Source of the DNA: Limisphaerales bacterium
GTDB taxonomy: Bacteria; Verrucomicrobiota; Verrucomicrobiia; Limisphaerales; Palsa-1400
NCBI GenBank assembly: GCA_052325505.1
Contig: JBKQUS010000178.1
Location: forward strand, 10,897-74,896
DNA length: 64,000 nucleotides
Direction of reading: 5' to 3'
Shown here: piece by piece, positions 61,651-64,000 of the stretch
Layout: each line of letters begins with the position of its first letter
How positions within the stretch are numbered: the stretch's first letter is position 1
Program-made: the position numbers and the translations under genes
The notes under the pieces: generated by a model
Seen by the model: the letters and a program-made list of their open reading frames with translations, nothing else
The model's database searches: none
Told to the model about the DNA's origin: nothing

Positions 61651-64000
61651 ATGTTTGAACGCGCACCCAATGGATTTTTCGTGAACGACTTGATTTTGTT
61701 CAATTCGCTCCGGCGCGGCGGTTACGTCGCCAAAGGCTTTGTCTTTGAAGCGCCCGACCTCACCAACAGTCCGATTGCCGACCTGAACGAATTTCAGGAG
61801 CAGCTTTGCCTGTTGCTGGCTTCGTTGCACGAAAACCAGCGGCTGCAAATCCAATACTTTTCCGACTCGGACTACAAAGCCGAGTTGCTCCGGTTTCAGC
61901 AGGAGACGGAGAAATTTGAAAACACCTGGACGAAGCGTTCGCGCAACGAGCGGTTCGTGCGCTACTGGCAGGCGATGGTCGAACGCAAGCTGCGGCGGCA
62001 GCGCGTGATCCTTTACCTTTCGCGGCCTTTGGAAAACACACCCAAGCTGCTTTCGGGCGATGCCGCGCTCCGCGAGTATTACCTGACCATCCTCGACCAG
62101 TTGCGGGGCGAGTTTGAACACGCCCACCAACTGTTAATGGACATCTTCGCCAGCACCGGCACGCGCATATTGCCGATGACTGACGTTGACCATTTCAAAC
62201 ACTACAAAACTTTTCTCAACCCGTCATTGGCCGACCGCTTCGACTTTGACGCCGCCCAGGATTTCTCGCCGGAACTTTCAATTCAGGAAAATTGCTGGCA
62301 CTCAGAAGGCAACGGCCAGAGCGATTTTGGGTTTTATCTGGACGGCCATTATCATTCCGTCATTGCGCTGACCCGCTGGCCGCGCACGACCTATCCCGGC
62401 ATCATTCAACGGCTCACCAATTTGCGGCTGCTCGACTTCACCATCACCGTCAACATTGACCCGCTGCCCATCACCCAGGAAATCAACAAAGAGGAAAAGG
62501 AACATGACCGTGTGGCCGGCGATTACGCCAGTGAAAAGAAAATCTCGCTGTTGACCGTGATGGAAAAGAAACAGCGCAAAATCCATGCGCTCATGCAAGG
62601 GCAGACCATTCCTTTCAATGCGGTGTTTGTCATCCGGGTTTGGGACAAATCAAAAGACGGGCTGACCGCCAAAGCCAGCGCCATCAAGAACGCCATCAAT
62701 TCTATGAACTCGGCGCAGTATTTTGAAAGCAACCTGCCGAGCACTTCCAAGAATTTATTTTTCCAGACGTGGCCGGGCTGGTTGTGGGGACGGTATGAGC
62801 ATCGCAAGCTGTATTCGGAACACCGATACCTGGCCGACATGCTGCCCGTCACCAGCACCTTCACCGGCCATCTTAAAACCGCCGAGGCCATCTACGACGG
62901 CCCCAACAACAATCTGGTTGGCGTTCAGACATTTTCCGGCTCGAAGGATAATCAGTCGCCGCAACACGCGGTGCTTTTGGGAATGTCCGGCGCGGGCAAG
63001 TCCGTGACGGTTTGCGATTTGCTTTCGCAGACCGAAGGCTATTTCGCTTATACCGTCATCATCGAGGAGGGTTTGAGTTACGGCATCTACACGCAGACTG
63101 TCGAACCCGGCGCACGTCCCATCATCATTCATCCCGACGGCGATTTGACCATCAATTATCTCGATACGAAAGGATTGCCCCTTACTCCCGACCATCTTTC
63201 CGCCGCGACTGCGCTTGTCGCCCGCATGATTGGCACATCGAGTCAGGAGGACAAACAAATGCTGCGGCAGGCGCAGATCGCCAAATACCTGAACCTGCTT
63301 TATGAGGATGCGTTTCAGGACTGGCAGAAAAAGCGGCATGACCAGTTGCTCAACATCGCGCGTCATGCAATGGCGTTGCAGAAATTCCGGCTTGAGCGGA
63401 TGCCGCCGGGCGCGACCACCCTCGAAACTTTTGCGGACTTCCGAGACTGGAAGGCCAGCCACCTCACCGAGGCTATGGAGTATCTCACCGCGTTTAACGA
63501 GGGAGACGTGCTCCGGTTTCTAAAAGAACCAAAGACCAGCAGGGAAGTCCGCAACCTCGCCTTCGCCTATTTCACGCCCGAAGAATTCCCGACGCATCGG
63601 ATGTTACAGGAATTGATGATGCTCGACCCCGTTGGTTCGGAGCGTGACCAGATTATTGAAATCGCCACGCTCATATTGCCCTGGTGTCGGGACGGCAACT
63701 ACGGGTGTTTGTTCGACGGCACGAGCAATCTTTCGCTCACCGGCAAGATTGCCCATTTTGAACTCGGTTACATTCCTGAATCCGCCAAGGAGTTGAAAGC
63801 GGCGGCGGGCTTCCTCATCACGAACCATGCGCGCAAGCACATCATCACGCTTCCGCGTGCGCTGCGGAAACGCAACGTGTATGAAGAAGTCGCCCGCTTC
63901 CTCGACATCCCCGGCGGGCAGGAGATCGTTCAAGAGAGTTACGCCCAACTTCGCAAATTCAATTGCTGGAACATTTCAATCGTCCAGCAATACGCACGGT
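61651..64000 (+). CDS. VirB4/TrbE-like T4SS ATPase (3' end beyond window)
   Basis: Hand translation from ATG at 61651 stays open to the window end (783 codons). It has Walker A LLGMSGAGKSV, a Walker-B-like NVYEEVARFLD, and RKFNCWNISIVQQ resembling the VirB4 C-terminal block. It is absent from the supplied track because there is no stop in the window. The minus-strand ORFs 61297..62130 and 62755..63462 are its shadows. Confidence 0.8.
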   Translation, partial: MFERAPNGFFVNDLILFNSLRRGGYVAKGFVFEAPDLTNSPIADLNEFQEQLCLLLASLHENQRLQIQYFSDSDYKAELLRFQQETEKFENTWTKRSRNERFVRYWQAMVERKLRRQRVILYLSRPLENTPKLLSGDAALREYYLTILDQLRGEFEHAHQLLMDIFASTGTRILPMTDVDHFKHYKTFLNPSLADRFDFDAAQDFSPELSIQENCWHSEGNGQSDFGFYLDGHYHSVIALTRWPRTTYPGIIQRLTNLRLLDFTITVNIDPLPITQEINKEEKEHDRVAGDYASEKKISLLTVMEKKQRKIHALMQGQTIPFNAVFVIRVWDKSKDGLTAKASAIKNAINSMNSAQYFESNLPSTSKNLFFQTWPGWLWGRYEHRKLYSEHRYLADMLPVTSTFTGHLKTAEAIYDGPNNNLVGVQTFSGSKDNQSPQHAVLLGMSGAGKSVTVCDLLSQTEGYFAYTVIIEEGLSYGIYTQTVEPGARPIIIHPDGDLTINYLDTKGLPLTPDHLSAATALVARMIGTSSQEDKQMLRQAQIAKYLNLLYEDAFQDWQKKRHDQLLNIARHAMALQKFRLERMPPGATTLETFADFRDWKASHLTEAMEYLTAFNEGDVLRFLKEPKTSREVRNLAFAYFTPEEFPTHRMLQELMMLDPVGSERDQIIEIATLILPWCRDGNYGCLFDGTSNLSLTGKIAHFELGYIPESAKELKAAAGFLITNHARKHIITLPRALRKRNVYEEVARFLDIPGGQEIVQESYAQLRKFNCWNISIVQQYAR

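Larger units (their letters stand above)
25290..64000. mobile_element. Integrative conjugative element (partial; right end beyond window)
   Basis: The region combines a tRNA-adjacent tyrosine integrase, a MOBF relaxase, a T4CP, VirB2/3/4-like genes, a ParA-like module, shared operators and low-GC cargo patches. The exact att sites were not identified. Confidence 0.8.

Noticed and set aside
61297-63462. Minus-strand ORFs 61297..62130 (277 aa) and 62755..63462 (235 aa), the only long ORFs the track offers for this region.
   Set aside because: Hand translation of the plus strand from 61651 gives an uninterrupted VirB4-like protein with a Walker A motif. The minus-strand ORFs are its shadows.

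Overview
This is a 64-kb high-GC bacterial window with three blocks. (1) 1-12.2 kb is a mostly minus-strand envelope and metal-stress region. It holds an ECF sigma fused to a membrane-anchored extension and a radical-SAM-like gene whose cluster motif reads CX3CX2Y. It also holds a metal-resistance cluster: a CnrYXH-like anti-sigma / periplasmic sensor / ECF sigma set, two Cys-rich exported proteins, an outer-membrane factor, a triple-HMBD adaptor, a CusA/CzcA-type RND pump and a terminal cNMP-binding protein. (2) 12.4-24.3 kb is one plus-strand operon encoding the whole succinate-to-propionate (methylmalonyl-CoA) route: 5S-like and 12S-like carboxyltransferases, a 1.3S-like biotin carrier, an OadG-like peptide, MutA/MutB, MeaB, the epimerase, BirA and a CoA-transferase. 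(3) 24.3-64 kb is a tRNA-Leu(UAA) hotspot. A decayed hsdM remnant lies on the tRNA 3' side. On the 5' side a tyrosine integrase is followed by an integrative conjugative element (ICE) of more than 38 kb that runs off the window. The ICE carries a MOBF relaxase, a T4CP, VirB2/B3/B4-like genes, an iteron array with an HTH and ParA-like module, five XRE-type genes and a lone receiver domain. Its low-GC cargo is dominated by a 3,556-aa polymorphic toxin (signal peptide, beta-helix, transglutaminase-like domain, RHS shell) with a candidate membrane immunity gene. The VirB4-like gene (61651 to window end) is missing from the supplied ORF track because it has no stop in the window; I translated it by hand. 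The most unusual non-genic signals are three. One is a ~12-bp-phased GTTGC iteron array. The second is an identical 20-bp palindrome 32 nt upstream of two start codons 28 kb apart. The third is two copies of a long hairpin element whose arm differences are compensatory. The taxonomic guess (PVC group, Verrucomicrobia-like) is inferred from gene content only. I saw no rRNA, CRISPR array or IS transposase.
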